DNA from: Octopus bimaculoides
Lineage: Eukaryota
Reading direction: 5' to 3'
Assembly: GCF_001194135.2 (NCBI RefSeq)
Contig: NC_068984.1
Span: forward strand, 17,774,705-17,816,037
DNA length: 41,333 nt
Shown: piece by piece, positions 11,032-22,290 of the stretch
How positions within the stretch are numbered: position 1 is the first letter of the stretch
Layout of the letters: every line of letters begins with the position of its first letter
Notes under the pieces: generated by a model
What the model saw: only the letters and a program-made list of their open reading frames with translations
What the model was told of the DNA's origin: nothing
Database searches by the model: none
Translations under genes and position numbers: made by a program

Positions 11032-11689
11032 TATTTCTTTAAGGAATCCTGGTATTTGACAGTTTTAGAATCATTGGTGCGGAGGACTGAGCAGTTGTCA
11101 GAACAAGGATAAGAAACTTAAACTTTGGAGCATTTCCGGTGCTCCAAAAGTATTGATTCACAGACTAACTTGGAATACTAAATAAATCTCTTCTGATCTT
11201 ACTGACTGCAATTTATAGAAAGTATTGCACTGCTGCACTCTAACTGCAATTATTTATACAATGCAGACTCACCATTATTTCAATTCCACTTTGAAGTCCT
11301 GACCAGGAATACATTTATCTAAACTATGTCCCCTTGCCTTCTCTTTCATTTGGTGCCGTTTATGCAAATGTATATAACACCTTTCCTCTAATTCTTGCAC
11401 TGATTTCAATGATAGCCATAAATGCATAATTACATGTAACTTGGTTCAGAGAAGGAATTATTATTGGCGTTATGGTTTCAAATCAGAAAGCAGAATACAG
11501 ATATACTCTCTTAAGTCGTTCCTTAAATATATTACTTCCTTTCAATCATGGAATATTCTAATATCNNNNNNNNNNGTGGGGGAATGGAGGGATGCTCTTT
11601 GTGGTGCTTTTTTAATCAGTATCTAAGCCCTCTTTCCCTGTTGCTTACCAAATTACTTTCATGTCTCATACTCGGCATACCTTCATAGA

Positions 11690-11740
11690 TTTCCCTAGTA
11701 GTAGAAGTAGTAGTAGTAGTAGTAGAAGAAGTAGTTGTAT

Positions 11741-11797
<57 letters not shown>

Positions 11798-12252
11798 CAG
11801 TAGCAATAGCAGTAACAGCAGCAGCAGTAGCAATGGTGGTGGTGGTAGTGGCAAGCTTTTCTGTCATAACTATTGTAGTAGTAGTAGTGGTGGTGGTGGT
11901 TTAGTAGTAGTAGTAGTAACAGCAGCAGCGGAGCAACAGTAGTAGTAGTAGTTGTTGTTGTTGTAGCAGCAGCAGCAACAGCAGTAGTTGTGGCAGTGGT
12001 TGTGGTGATGGTGGTAGTGGTTGTGGTGGAGGAGGTGGTATGGTGGTGGTGGTGGTTGCGGCGGTTGTGGTGGAAGTGGTGATGGTGGTAGTGGTGGTGG
12101 CGTTGATGGTAGTAGTAGTAGTAGTAGTAGTAGTAGTTGTAGCAATGGTAGAAGTGGTGGTGGTGGCAGTGGTGATGGTAGTTAGTGGAGTTGGTAATGG
12201 CAGCAGCTGTGATGGCAGTGGTGGTGGTGGTGGTGGTGGTAGTAGTAGCAAA
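11690..12252. repeat. Long compound (TAG)/(CAG)/(TGG)/(TTG) microsatellite
   Basis: Seen directly; source of several low-complexity ORFs. Confidence 0.95.
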
Positions 12253-12410
12253 GGCAAAAAGCAGAGGTGGGTAATGAGTGGTTTGGTGGTATGCTTTCTT
12301 CTCTCATAACCAATAATCAATGGTGCAAATGTCACGACCCACAGAATCTTTTTTCATTGAAATCCTATCTACCCAGATGCCAAGATTTTCTCCTTTGCCT
12401 CACGCATGTG

Positions 12411-12534
12411 GTTGTTGCTGTTGTTGTTGTTGTTGGCTTTTATTTAGCCCCAGGTCAACCCTGGTCTAGAAAACCCGTGATTAAAGGCATCGAAGCAGGC
12501 CATGACCATCCCATCTAGGGACTACATTGTCCAA
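12411..12534 (-). mobile_element. Short interspersed repeat family D, (CAA)n-tailed 3' end
   Basis: (TTG)n-TTTAGCCCCAGGTCAACCCTG...CATGACCATCCCATC; related pieces at about 20330, 29950, 36700, 36880 and 39560. Confidence 0.55.
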
Positions 12535-12659
12535 CATACACTACTTTATTTACGACAATAAAAACATTATTACAGATAAAAAATAAATCTGTTACCACAC
12601 AGGATATGCACGTGAGTGTGTGTGTGTGTGTGATGTGTGTACGCATGTGTGTGTGTGTG

Positions 12660-12698
<39 letters not shown>

Positions 12699-13473
12699 GT
12701 GTGTGCTTCATACACAAAAAATAGGTAAGTTACAAGCAGAATTTTATGCAAGGTATGATTATATAAGCAAAAAATTAATTAATTAATTAATTAATTAATA
12801 AGACAGGTGCACAGACAACAGAGATGGCAAGACAATATGAATAGAATAACAGGTAGTCAAAGTGAAGGCCACTTTCTGTCTATCAGTTTTTCATANNNNN
12901 NNNNNNNNNNNNNNNNNNNNNNNNNNNNNNNNNNNNNNNNNNNNNNNNNNNNNNNNNNNNNNNNNNNNNNNNNNNNNNNNNNNNNNNNNNNNNNNNNNNN
13001 NNNNNNNNNNNNNNNNNNNNNNNNNNNNNNNNNNNNNNNNNNNNNNNNNNNNNNNNNNNNNNNNNNNNNNNNNNNNNNNNNNNNNNNNNNNNNNNNNNNN
13101 NNNNNNNNNNNNNNNNNNNNNNNNNNNNNNNNNNNNNNNNNNNNNNNNNNNNNNNNNNNNNNNNNNNNNNNNNNNNNNNNNNNNNNNNNNNNNNNNNNNN
13201 NNNNNNNNNNNNNNNNNNNNNNNNNNNNNNNNNNNNNNNNNNNNNTAACTGCCATATGTGCATGTGTGTGTATGTTTGTGTGTATGCGTGTGTGTGTGTT
13301 TGTGTGTGTGAGAGAGAGAGAGTGTGTGTGTGTGTGTGTGTGGAATCGACTCTATAGTAAGCATTTAGGTTGGGTCCCTGGTTTGAAAGTATCTCCCAAA
13401 ACAGACTTGGAGGCACTGTAAAGGGTCATAGGTATTGCTCTCTTGCCTGACCAAAAAGTTTTTAAAAACTCCT

Positions 13474-13875
13474 GGAGTGGCTGTGTGGTAAGTAGCTTGC
13501 CTACCAACCACATGGTTCCGGGTTCAGTCCCGCTGCGTGGCACCTTGGGAAACTGTCTTCTATTATAGCCAACCATAACCTTGTGAGTGGATTTGGTAGA
13601 CTGAAACTGAAAGAAGCCCATCGTATATATGTATATGTATATATATGTGTGTTTGTATGTCTGTGTTTGTCCCCCCAACATCACTTGACAACCGATGCTG
13701 GTGTGTTTACGTCCCCTTAACTTAGCAGTTCGGCAAAAGAGACCGATAGAATAATTACTAAGCTTACAAAGAATAAGTCCTGGAGTCGATTTGCTCAACT
13801 AAAGGCGGTGCTACAGCATGGCCACAGTCAAATGACTGAAACAAGTAAAAGAGTAAAGAGTAAAGAGTAAAAGAG
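13474..13875 (+). mobile_element. SINE family A, full length
   Basis: Complete head, core and tail match. Confidence 0.9.
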
Positions 13876-14333
13876 AGGGTTATTTAGTCAGGGTTTATTC
13901 CTTCAACCCTTTTCTCTTTTCCTAAGCCACTTACAACGCATGCACCCATTCACTTTTAATTAAGAGGCATTAAGAAGACACGCTTTACACTTTTGCAATG
14001 AATACATTTGTGGTGGAATTCTCCAAAAAAAAAAAATGATTCCATGTGTGACAAGCCAGTGATGTGAACTCACACCCTTGTATTTACTTAGCAGCTGAAT
14101 TAAGATAATACTTCCTACTATAGGAACATCACAGAAAAACCATTCTAACTCTCTAAAAAAGTCACACAAAAACATCTACTTATTTACCATTTATTTTGTG
14201 AAGTGTCAACATTTTCATTGATACATTTTGACTATAACAATTAGTTGGAACTATGTCACTGACCTGGTCACTATTGCATGATGAGGATTTTGACGTCTCA
14301 CGAAATTAATGACGAGTTTTCGTGTGTGTAATA

Positions 14334-14554
14334 TTAACTCTTTGTTTGCCTAAAGCATTTTCGTAGGTTTGTCTGAAACAATCTTTGCTTGCTTTCAAGC
14401 ATTTAGTTTTTGTTCCATACATTCTGAATAATATAAAGCCAAGTTACTCTAGTGGTCAAAAAAAATTGGAAATGTGTGTCATATTTGATTCATGGATACC
14501 AGGGAAATATGCGCTGTGTATCACATTTGATACTGAAGACGGTCAAAGGGTTAA
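14334..14554. mobile_element. TTAA-flanked MITE (piggyBac-like termini), type 1
   Basis: TTAA-CTCTTTG ... CAAAGGG-TTAA. Confidence 0.55.
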
Positions 14555-14638
14555 ATAGCCAGAGTGGTGTTGCTGCTTCAGTTTCGTTGCATCATCTTAG
14601 ATCAGATCACTTCTCTGATAGGTACAACTATGAAATCT

Positions 14639-14868
14639 TTAACCCTTTCATTGCCGTATTTATTTTGAGATGCTCTGTGTTTCTTTCAATTAATTCTAAA
14701 TATAACAAAGAATTTAGTAAAATAACTTAGTTATCATTAAGCTAATGTTAGAAACATAAATTGTGGCTAAGGTTTGGTGGAAGATTTTAATTCAAAACTT
14801 ATGAAAACAAGACGTTTGTACTACAGAGCCAGAGGCAGTTTTAGCTGGGTTGGTATCAAAAGGGTTAA
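14639..14868. mobile_element. TTAA-flanked MITE, type 2, copy 1
   Basis: TTAA-CCCTTTCATTGCC ... GGTATCAAAAGGG-TTAA; body closely matches 14881-15110. Confidence 0.75.
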
Positions 14869-14880
14869 ATTAATTATTTG

Positions 14881-15110
14881 TTAATCCTTTTGTTACCATA
14901 TTTCTGTTGAGATGCTCTGTGTTTCTTTCAATTAATTTTAAATATAACAAAGAATTTAGTAAAACAACTTAGTTATCATTGAGTTAGTGTTAGGAACATA
15001 AATTGTGAATAAGGTTTCGTGGAAGATTTTAATTCAAAACTTATGGAAACAAGACATTTGTACTACAGAACCAGAGGCGGTTTCAGCTGGGTTGGTATCG
15101 AAAAGGTTAA
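14881..15110. mobile_element. TTAA-flanked MITE, type 2, copy 2
   Basis: TTAA-TCCTTTTGTTACC ... GGTATCGAAAAGG-TTAA. Confidence 0.75.
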
Positions 15111-15275
15111 AGAAATCTGAACATCATAGGTATGAGTTTTATGAAACCAAGAATCAATTTCTAAAAATGGAGTATTCTCAAAAGAGTTTGTGATCAGTTC
15201 AGTTGTGAAGAGGTGTGAAGAATCTAACATTTTGGACATTTGTCCACTATCTGAGAGAAAGAGAGAGAGGAGTGG

Positions 15276-15353
<78 letters not shown>

Positions 15354-15801
15354 TACAAACAGACAGACAGAAAGAGGGAGCTGTCTCTTTGGCCTGTAAG
15401 CTAATAAATGGTGAAAGGGTTGAAGTGAAATAGTGATGCAAGGAATAAAGGGGGAAAATCTATGAGAGCAGTGGGATGCGAGAGGGTTGGAACTCTGGAG
15501 TTGGAGGTGGATGAGGCTGGAGGAAGCTGAAACTAGAGAGGAAAAGTGGAAATATCCAATAGGTCATTCTGAATAGAAGGAGATGGGGTTGATGTTGAAA
15601 TCGAGAAGGAAGAAGGAAAAAACAGAAAGTTGCGATAGCAGGAGACAAAAAACATGAAAATCCAGAAGCATATTTAAGAATATTTAAGTAAAAACAAACC
15701 TTCACAGACTTTCTTTGGTTAATAGAGGAGACTGAGGTGATGAGTGCGAGAGGGGAAGGCTAGAAAGATATAGTGTGAGTGGAGTGCAAAGTAGAGTGGA
15801 A

Positions 15802-16407
15802 GAGTGGCTGTGTGGTATGTAGCTTGCTTACCAACCACATGGTTTTGGGTTCAGTCCCACTGCCTGGCACCTTGGGCAAGTGTCTTCTAATATAGCCTTG
15901 GGCCGACCAAAGCCTTGTGAGTAGATTTGATAGATGGAAACTGAAAGAAGTCTATCGTATNNNNNNNNNNNNNNNNNNNNNNNNNNNNNNNNNNNNNNNN
16001 NNNNNNNNNNNNNNNNNNNNNNNNNNNNNNNNNNNNNNNNNNNNNNNNNNNNNNNNNNNNNNNNNNNNNNNNNNNNNNNNNNNNNNNNNNNNNNNNNNNN
16101 NNNNNNNNNNNNNNNNNNNNNNNNNNNNNNNNNNNNNNNNNNNNNNNNNNNNNNNNNNNNNNNNNNNNNNNNNNNNNNNNNNNNNNNNNNNNNNNNNNNN
16201 NNNNNNNNNNNNNNNGTGTTAGTGTTTGTCCCCCGCAACATCGCTTGACAACCGACGCTGGTGTGTTTATGTACCCGCAGCAGTTCAGCAAAAGAGACCG
16301 ATAGAATAAGTACTAGGCTTACAAAGAATAAGTCCTGGGGTCGATTTGCTCAACCAAAGGCGGTGCCCCAGCATGGCCACAGTCAAATGACTGAAACAAG
16401 TAAAAGT
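15802..16407 (+). mobile_element. SINE family A (internal microsatellite replaced by assembly gap)
   Basis: Head before the N-run and 3' half after it. Confidence 0.85.
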
Positions 16408-16688
16408 ATAAGAGAGGGGAGATAGAGGAAGAACCAACATTTCTAGTGATGTGGAGGGAGGAGGGAAACAGGAGGTGCAGGGGGGGGGAAAGGAGTAAAG
16501 AGTTAAACTGAACCAAGGAAATCAAATGTCTCAAGAAAATTCTAAAGAAAGAATGGCTGATAATTGGACAGTAGTATAGGCTACATTTAAACAGATGATT
16601 TCTTTGAAGGTCACCTGCACCTACAATTGTACAGCTACACAGACAAACACAAGTATATGGGAGTATACACACACACATACATGCACAT

Positions 16689-16855
16689 AGGTATAGGCAT
16701 GGCTGTGTGGTTAAGAAGTCTGTTTTGCAATTATGTCATTTTGAGTTCAAGCCTACTGTGCAGCACCTTGAGCAAGTGCCTTCTAATATAGCCATAGGTC
16801 ATTCAATGTCTTGTTGGTGAATTCAGTCAATGGAAACTGCACAAAGCCCATCATA
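16689..16855 (+). mobile_element. SINE family A, 5' half, diverged
   Basis: GGCATGGCTGTGTGGTTAAG...GGAAACTG. Confidence 0.65.
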
Positions 16856-17023
16856 TTCATACATGTGTACATACAGACATATATACATACATACATACAT
16901 GCATGTTTACATATATATANNNNNNNNNNNNNNNNNNNNNNNNNNNNNNNNNNNNNNNNNNNNNNNNNNNNNNNNNNNNNNNNNNNNNNNNNNNNNNNNN
17001 NNNNNNNNNNNNNNNNNNNNNNN

Positions 17024-17068
<45 letters not shown>

Positions 17069-17099
17069 CATACACATATATATATATATATAGATATAT

Positions 17100-17255
17100 A
17101 GTGAGAATTTACAAAATAACAAAAGACGAAGACGGGTGTGTAAACAACAAACTGATGTATTAGTTTAATGCTCGGGAAGTGAGAAAGTGTTTTATGTTTC
17201 GAGCCTATGCTCTTCAAGAGAAAGGAACACAGAAATAAACTGGGAGAGAAAATAG
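17100..17255 (-). mobile_element. Penelope-like pLTR fragment with degenerate hammerhead-like motif
   Basis: Minus strand reads CTCTTGA-A-GAGC-ATAG-GCTC-GAAAC-ATA, the same layout as 4478-4560; abuts (TA)n. Confidence 0.4.
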
Positions 17256-17747
17256 ATGGCTGCAAACTTGTGTTTGAGTATTGCCATCGCCTGATCAAAA
17301 GTCCCACGCATGCAAAGGCAACGACCAGCCATTTTTGTGATAGGTCTTACTATTTTTCTTCATGCGATGTCTGTGCATGATGATTTTTTTTATAGTGAGG
17401 AAAGGATTTTCACAAATCCAATCCCATTCTCTGAACATGGACAAAAGAAGAACTAGTCTACTCTAAAAGAAGAACTAGTCCACATCATCGAATATTGTCA
17501 GGGTCACAAGCTTTCTCTCAGAGTTTTCCTCGCCTAGAGAGATGTTATAGCAGCAACAGAGGGGCTTCCATTCCCAGTGGACCAATCACATGCCTGAACA
17601 CCAACCCAAGTATTTCCACGTCCCCGCACATGCATACATACACATTTACACATATTGTTGGATGGCACTTGACTGCTCATGAGCTCTTCTGCTCTTACAT
17701 ACATACGTACGTACATACGTACGTACATACATACATACATACATATG

Positions 17748-18103
17748 AGTATGTAACACATTGCCTGAATACCAATCTTGAGAAATTAGGCTTCTCAAAA
17801 CCAGAAAGGAGAAAGCTAGTTCGAAGACTACAGATCCAATCCATCACTGGAACTGTAAATATCTGTAAAAATTCCCAGAAGTTTATCATTTAAATATATA
17901 TGAGCATGTTTAGATATGCAACTATATGTGTGAGAATACATACATAGAACAAAACATACAAATCTACACATATACATACATGCATACAAACAAAAATACC
18001 CTGTTGTTGATGTTGAAATTCCAACGAAGGAGACTTGAATCTAGGTTAGAAACCTGGCTCTTTCTCTATTGGCAAGAAATCTTGAAATAAAACTGAACAA
18101 TGA
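17748..18103 (+). mobile_element. 3' end of a restriction-like-endonuclease non-LTR retrotransposon (R4/Dong-like)
   Basis: YVTHCLNTNLEKLGFSKPERRKLVRRLQIQSITGTVNICKNSQKFII* resembles, from my recall, the C-terminal LQ..(A/S)I.GT..I pattern of RLE-clade ORFs; followed by a ~210-bp 3' UTR; CATA repeats on both sides. Confidence 0.55.
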
Positions 18104-18491
18104 CATACATATGTACATGTATGGTTAAATGAATTATGAAGTGAGTATTGTGTAAATGCCTCTCCTAAAACACATAACATCAATAGTGAAACACTTCTGA
18201 TGGTTATTAATAAACTGCCAAATGGAAAATCACCTGGGAGACACCTGACAGTAGGCTACTGGTAATAAAAGCTCATGGGAAATTCCCATGACCCTGTTTA
18301 ATATACAATGGACACTTTGTCAGATATACCAAACTGATTGATGGTTGCATGGATGACACTTATCACCAACAAGAAAGAGACCCATGTGGTCATGTGACCT
18401 TACACTCACAAAGCATAAAAATATACACTCTTTGGGTGGGTCATGGAGATGGGGTCGGCAAAGTAGATATATCGTTAGCAGAGAAATGGAC

Positions 18492-18820
18492 AGGTATACA
18501 GGTATGGCTGTTTGATCAAGAAGTTTGCTCCCCTACCATGTGGTTTCAGGTTCAGTTCCACTGTGTGGCACCTTGGAGAAGTTTTTTTTCTCTATAGCCT
18601 CAGGCCAACCAATGTCTTGTGAGTGGATTTGATTGATGGAAACTGAAAGAAGCTAGTCATGTGTGTGTGTTTGTGTGTGTGTGTGTGTAGATGTCTAGTC
18701 ATGGAGGAAACTTACCTGACTTGAAAATAGGTGAGGGTTGGTGACAGTAAGGGCATTCGACCATAAATATCTGCCGCCATAAAGTTTGTCCAACTCATGT
18801 AAGTATGGAAGACTGGACAG
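18492..18820 (+). mobile_element. Composite SINE: family A head, (TG)n, family B-like tail
   Basis: Family A 5' half at 18492-18660, then GGTTGGTGACAGTAAGGGCATTC...CCAACTCATGTAAGTATGGAAG resembling the family B tail. Confidence 0.55.
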
Positions 18821-18854
18821 TAACACAATGATTTTACACATCAACATACATACA

Positions 18855-19010
18855 CAACCAGCTTCTCCACAGTTTTTGCCTACCAAATTTCATTCATATT
18901 GTATTCAAAGACCTGAGGTAATGATAGAAGACACTTGCCCCAGATACCATGCATTGAAATCATGCTCGGAACTACAAGTATGACATGAACTTCTAAACCA
19001 CACAATCATT
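18855..19010 (-). mobile_element. SINE family A, 5' half, old
   Basis: CTACCAAATTTCATTCA...GAAGACACTTGCCC...AACCACAC. Confidence 0.55.
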
Positions 19011-19133
19011 CCAATGATTTCATTTCAATTCTTCTTCTTTGGTAAAAGACTTTACCTGAGATCTAAGACTTCCCTGCTACTCATTGCACACCAATTTATT
19101 CAATTTTATGTTCTTATTTTTACCAATGCATGT

Positions 19134-19349
19134 ACTCTTTTACTCTTTTACTTGTTTCAGTCATTTGACTGCGACCATGCTGGAGCACTACCTTTAGTCG
19201 GACAAATCAACCCCCGGACTTATTCTTTGTAAGCCTAGTACTTATTCTATCGGTCTCTTTTACCGAACCGCTAAGTTACGTGGACGTAAACACACCAGCA
19301 TCGGTTGTCAAGCGAAGTTGAGGGAACAAACACAGACACACAAACATAT

Positions 19350-19400
<51 letters not shown>

Positions 19401-19564
19401 TACGACGGGCTTCTTTCAGTTTCCGTCTACCAAATCCATTCACAAGGCTTTGGTCGGCCCGAAGCTATAGTAGAAGACACTTGCCTAAGGTGCCACGCAG
19501 TGGGACTGAACCCAGAACCATGTGGTTGGTAAGCAAGCTACTTACCACACAGCCACTCCTGCGC
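19134..19564 (-). mobile_element. SINE family A, young full-length copy
   Basis: CpG-rich and complete from the GCGCAGGAGTGG head to the (TAAAAGAG)n tail. Confidence 0.9.
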
Positions 19565-20282
19565 TTGTAGTCCACTTTTTTCTTTTGTCTTTGAAAAGCT
19601 CTCATATTGAACGCAATATTTGTACCCATCTCTAAGATAATCTTGTTACATGTCCAGAAACATTCTCTATTTTGTTAATATATTTTTTTTCATAACCTGT
19701 CACTGCAACAAAAGTCTTTTACATTGTATTGTAATTAAGACTAAATTGAAAGTTATGTTCTAACCATCAACATAAAACTAAATCTAGAGAAGCTTAGCAA
19801 CAAAAATAAATTAGTGTTCTAGTAACCATTTAATAAATTTAAGTAATACATGTGGCGAACCATTGATTGGTTTGTTGGGCCACCACCACTACCATCACCA
19901 TCACCACCACCACCACCACTCTTCATTCTTTGAGCTAACACATCCATTGAGGCTTTTGTTCAGGAATGCATGTAATTAAAAAATAAATAAATTTTCTCAT
20001 TCCAATATAAAATTATTTTAATACTTTTTATATATATATATATATATATATTTATTCTTTTTGAAATACTTTCATACTTTGGTAGGTTGAGTAAAAAGCA
20101 AGGCAAAAACAAATAAATATCACCTAAGTATTAAAATCATTGGCAAATAAAACAGACGAGATAAATACATTAGGTTGTGCTGCTGATGCATGCCAAGATA
20201 AATAGAGATATGAGTTAATGGCTGAAGGTACTCTTGGTAGAGGTAAGCCATAGAATTGTTTGGAAGAGGTTGCTGTTGTTGC

Positions 20283-20331
<49 letters not shown>

Positions 20332-20439
20332 TAGCTCCAGGTCAGCTCTGATCAGACCTATGATCAAATACATTGAAGCTGAGACCACTTGCTCTTTATT
20401 TATTTATTTTTTTTCCAAATAAGAGAGAGATTGAGGTCA

Positions 20440-20860
20440 GAGGTATGTAAGGGTGGCTATAGCGAATTGAGGACAGAGGTTAGTGTTGGGGCTGCTGTTG
20501 ATGTAAGATACGAGAGGGTGTTATAAGATGAGGTATGGCAATATTAAGATGTAGCTCAGAAGAGAGGGAGAGAGAGAGCTGACTGGAAGCACAGAAATGG
20601 GTGATTGATGGAAAATAAAGTGTGAAGAGATGATATTGAGAATGAGGAATGGAGTTTAAAAAGAAATGGTTCCAGGGAAAGGGGGAGGTAACTGATAGCA
20701 CAGGAGCAGATGAAATAATTGCCATAGTTAGAAGAGTGATTGATAGGTGGATGTTAGGAAGATGGGAGGTGAGGAAACCTTGGCAGGAATAGATTGGGTG
20801 TAAGGCCAGAGTTTGGTGAGTGGATAGACATAAGCATAATGCTTTTAGGACATTATTTTT
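20440..20860 (-). pseudogene. Highly decayed retroelement-like coding remnant, possibly Penelope RT
   Basis: Strongly purine-biased plus strand; minus translation FLNSIPHSQYHLFTL loosely recalls PLE RT F.FP....HLFTMD; weak similarity only. Confidence 0.3.
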
Positions 20861-20864
20861 GTGG

Positions 20865-21300
20865 TGGCAGACAAGACTTCTTGAAGACATTGAATCACCA
20901 ATCATCTCAGCCCCATGTCATCTTCACTGCAAAGCCCAGCATCTTGACACCAACCTTCTTGATTTCATCCTATCTTTATCCCAGGTCACCCACTTCTATG
21001 TGTTGCATCTACTTTAAGTGTTTGGCACTTCTTCATGCAGCTGTCATCATTCATACACATCACCTAACTGTACAAGCTCAGGCTTCTCTCTTGTACATTA
21101 CATCTGATTCCTTTTATACCCAGTTTTTCTATCAACTCTTTTGCACGTTGTTGCACAGAGATGTACGTCCTATGGAACATACTAGCTTAATTCCTCTCCA
21201 GGCTTTACATGTACTCTGCATTCAGGGTTCATGTCTCACAACTAAGTAGCTTTGCAGGCCATACCTGTGAGAGAGATCTTTTGTTCTCAACAGAGGTAAT
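20865..21300 (-). pseudogene. RTE-clade LINE ORF C-terminal remnant
   Basis: Minus translation EKLGIKGIRCNVQERSLSLYS*VMCMNDDSCMKKCQTLKVDAT, matching the RTE post-RT RRLRW.GHV.RM...GR.RGRP..W region, with stops. Confidence 0.75.
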
Positions 21301-21495
21301 AAATCTCAGAACTTTCTCCAATCATTCTTATTCTCATAACTATACTTTACTGCTAGTTAAGTCATGTTGGTAATGGAAACTGTCTAGTACCTCTGAGGAA
21401 CCTACATGGCATTATATATATATAATTTTCTTTTTTTTTTTTTTGGAAAACCATAAAAAGCGGAGAAGTAGCATACTTTAAGGAGTAGAGCAGTC

Positions 21496-21662
21496 TATAT
21501 TATTACTGGTGTAGGCTGGTTTACAGGGTTACCCTAGGTTTCTCACCATAAAGAGGTCACAGGCCTACAGGTAATAAGGTCTGAAGATATGCCATAAATG
21601 TACCCTTTATGGCGAGAAACCCAGGATAACCCTATAAGCCGGCCTACACCAGAAATAATATA
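21496..21662. mobile_element. MITE with 58-bp TIRs and TA flanks
   Basis: Arms 21496-21553 and 21605-21662 are reverse complements with 7 mismatches. Confidence 0.75.
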
Positions 21663-21677
21663 CATATATATATATAT

Positions 21678-22078
21678 AGGAGTGGCTGTGTGGTAAGAAG
21701 CTTGCTTCCCAACAACATGGTTCCAAGTTCTGTCCCATTGCATGGTACCTTGGACAAGTGTCTTCTGCTATGGTTTCGGGTGGACCAAAGCCTTGTGAGT
21801 GGAGTTGGTAGACAGAAACTGAAAGAAGCCTGTTGTATATTTACATATATGTATGTATTTGTGTGTCTGTGTTTGTCCTCTCACCATCGCTTGACAACTG
21901 ATGTTGGTGTGATTTTATGTCCCCACAACTTAACAGCTCAGCAAAAGAGACCAATAGAATAAGTACTAGGCTTACAAAGAATAAGTCATGGGGTCGATTT
22001 CTTCAACTAAAGGCGATGCTCCAGCATGGCTGCAGTCAAATGACTGAAACAAGTAAAAGAATAAAAGAATAAAAGAAT
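21678..22078 (+). mobile_element. SINE family A, full length
   Basis: Complete head, core and tail; tail (TAAAAGAA)n. Confidence 0.9.
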
Positions 22079-22290
22079 ATATCATCATGACCATCATCAT
22101 CATCATTATCATCATCATGACCATCATTTAGCATGTTTTCCATTGCTGGCATGGGTCGGACAGCCTGATTGGAGTTGGTAAGCTATCGTCTTCTTTGGCA
22201 TGGTTTCTATGGCTGCCCACCCTTCCTAATGCCAACCACTTTATACAGTATACTGGTTGCTGTTTACATGGAAATGGCACTGGTGAGATC
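22079..22290 (-). mobile_element. Family B 3' end, older subfamily
   Basis: (CAT)n tail, GCTGGCATGGGTCGGAC, CCCTTCCTAATGCCAACCAC. Confidence 0.65.

Noticed and set aside
15420-16600. Purine-rich tracts flanking the SINE A at 15802 as a retroelement ORF remnant
   Set aside because: Composition is suggestive, but I could not recover any RT or endonuclease motif
17443-17480. 16-bp direct repeat AAAAGAAGAACTAGTC
   Set aside because: A simple local slippage duplication with a 6-bp spacer; no element between the copies
18015-18062. Hammerhead-like AACGAAGG...GGTTAGAAACC in the R4-like 3' UTR
   Set aside because: No CUGANGA box and helix I cannot be formed convincingly
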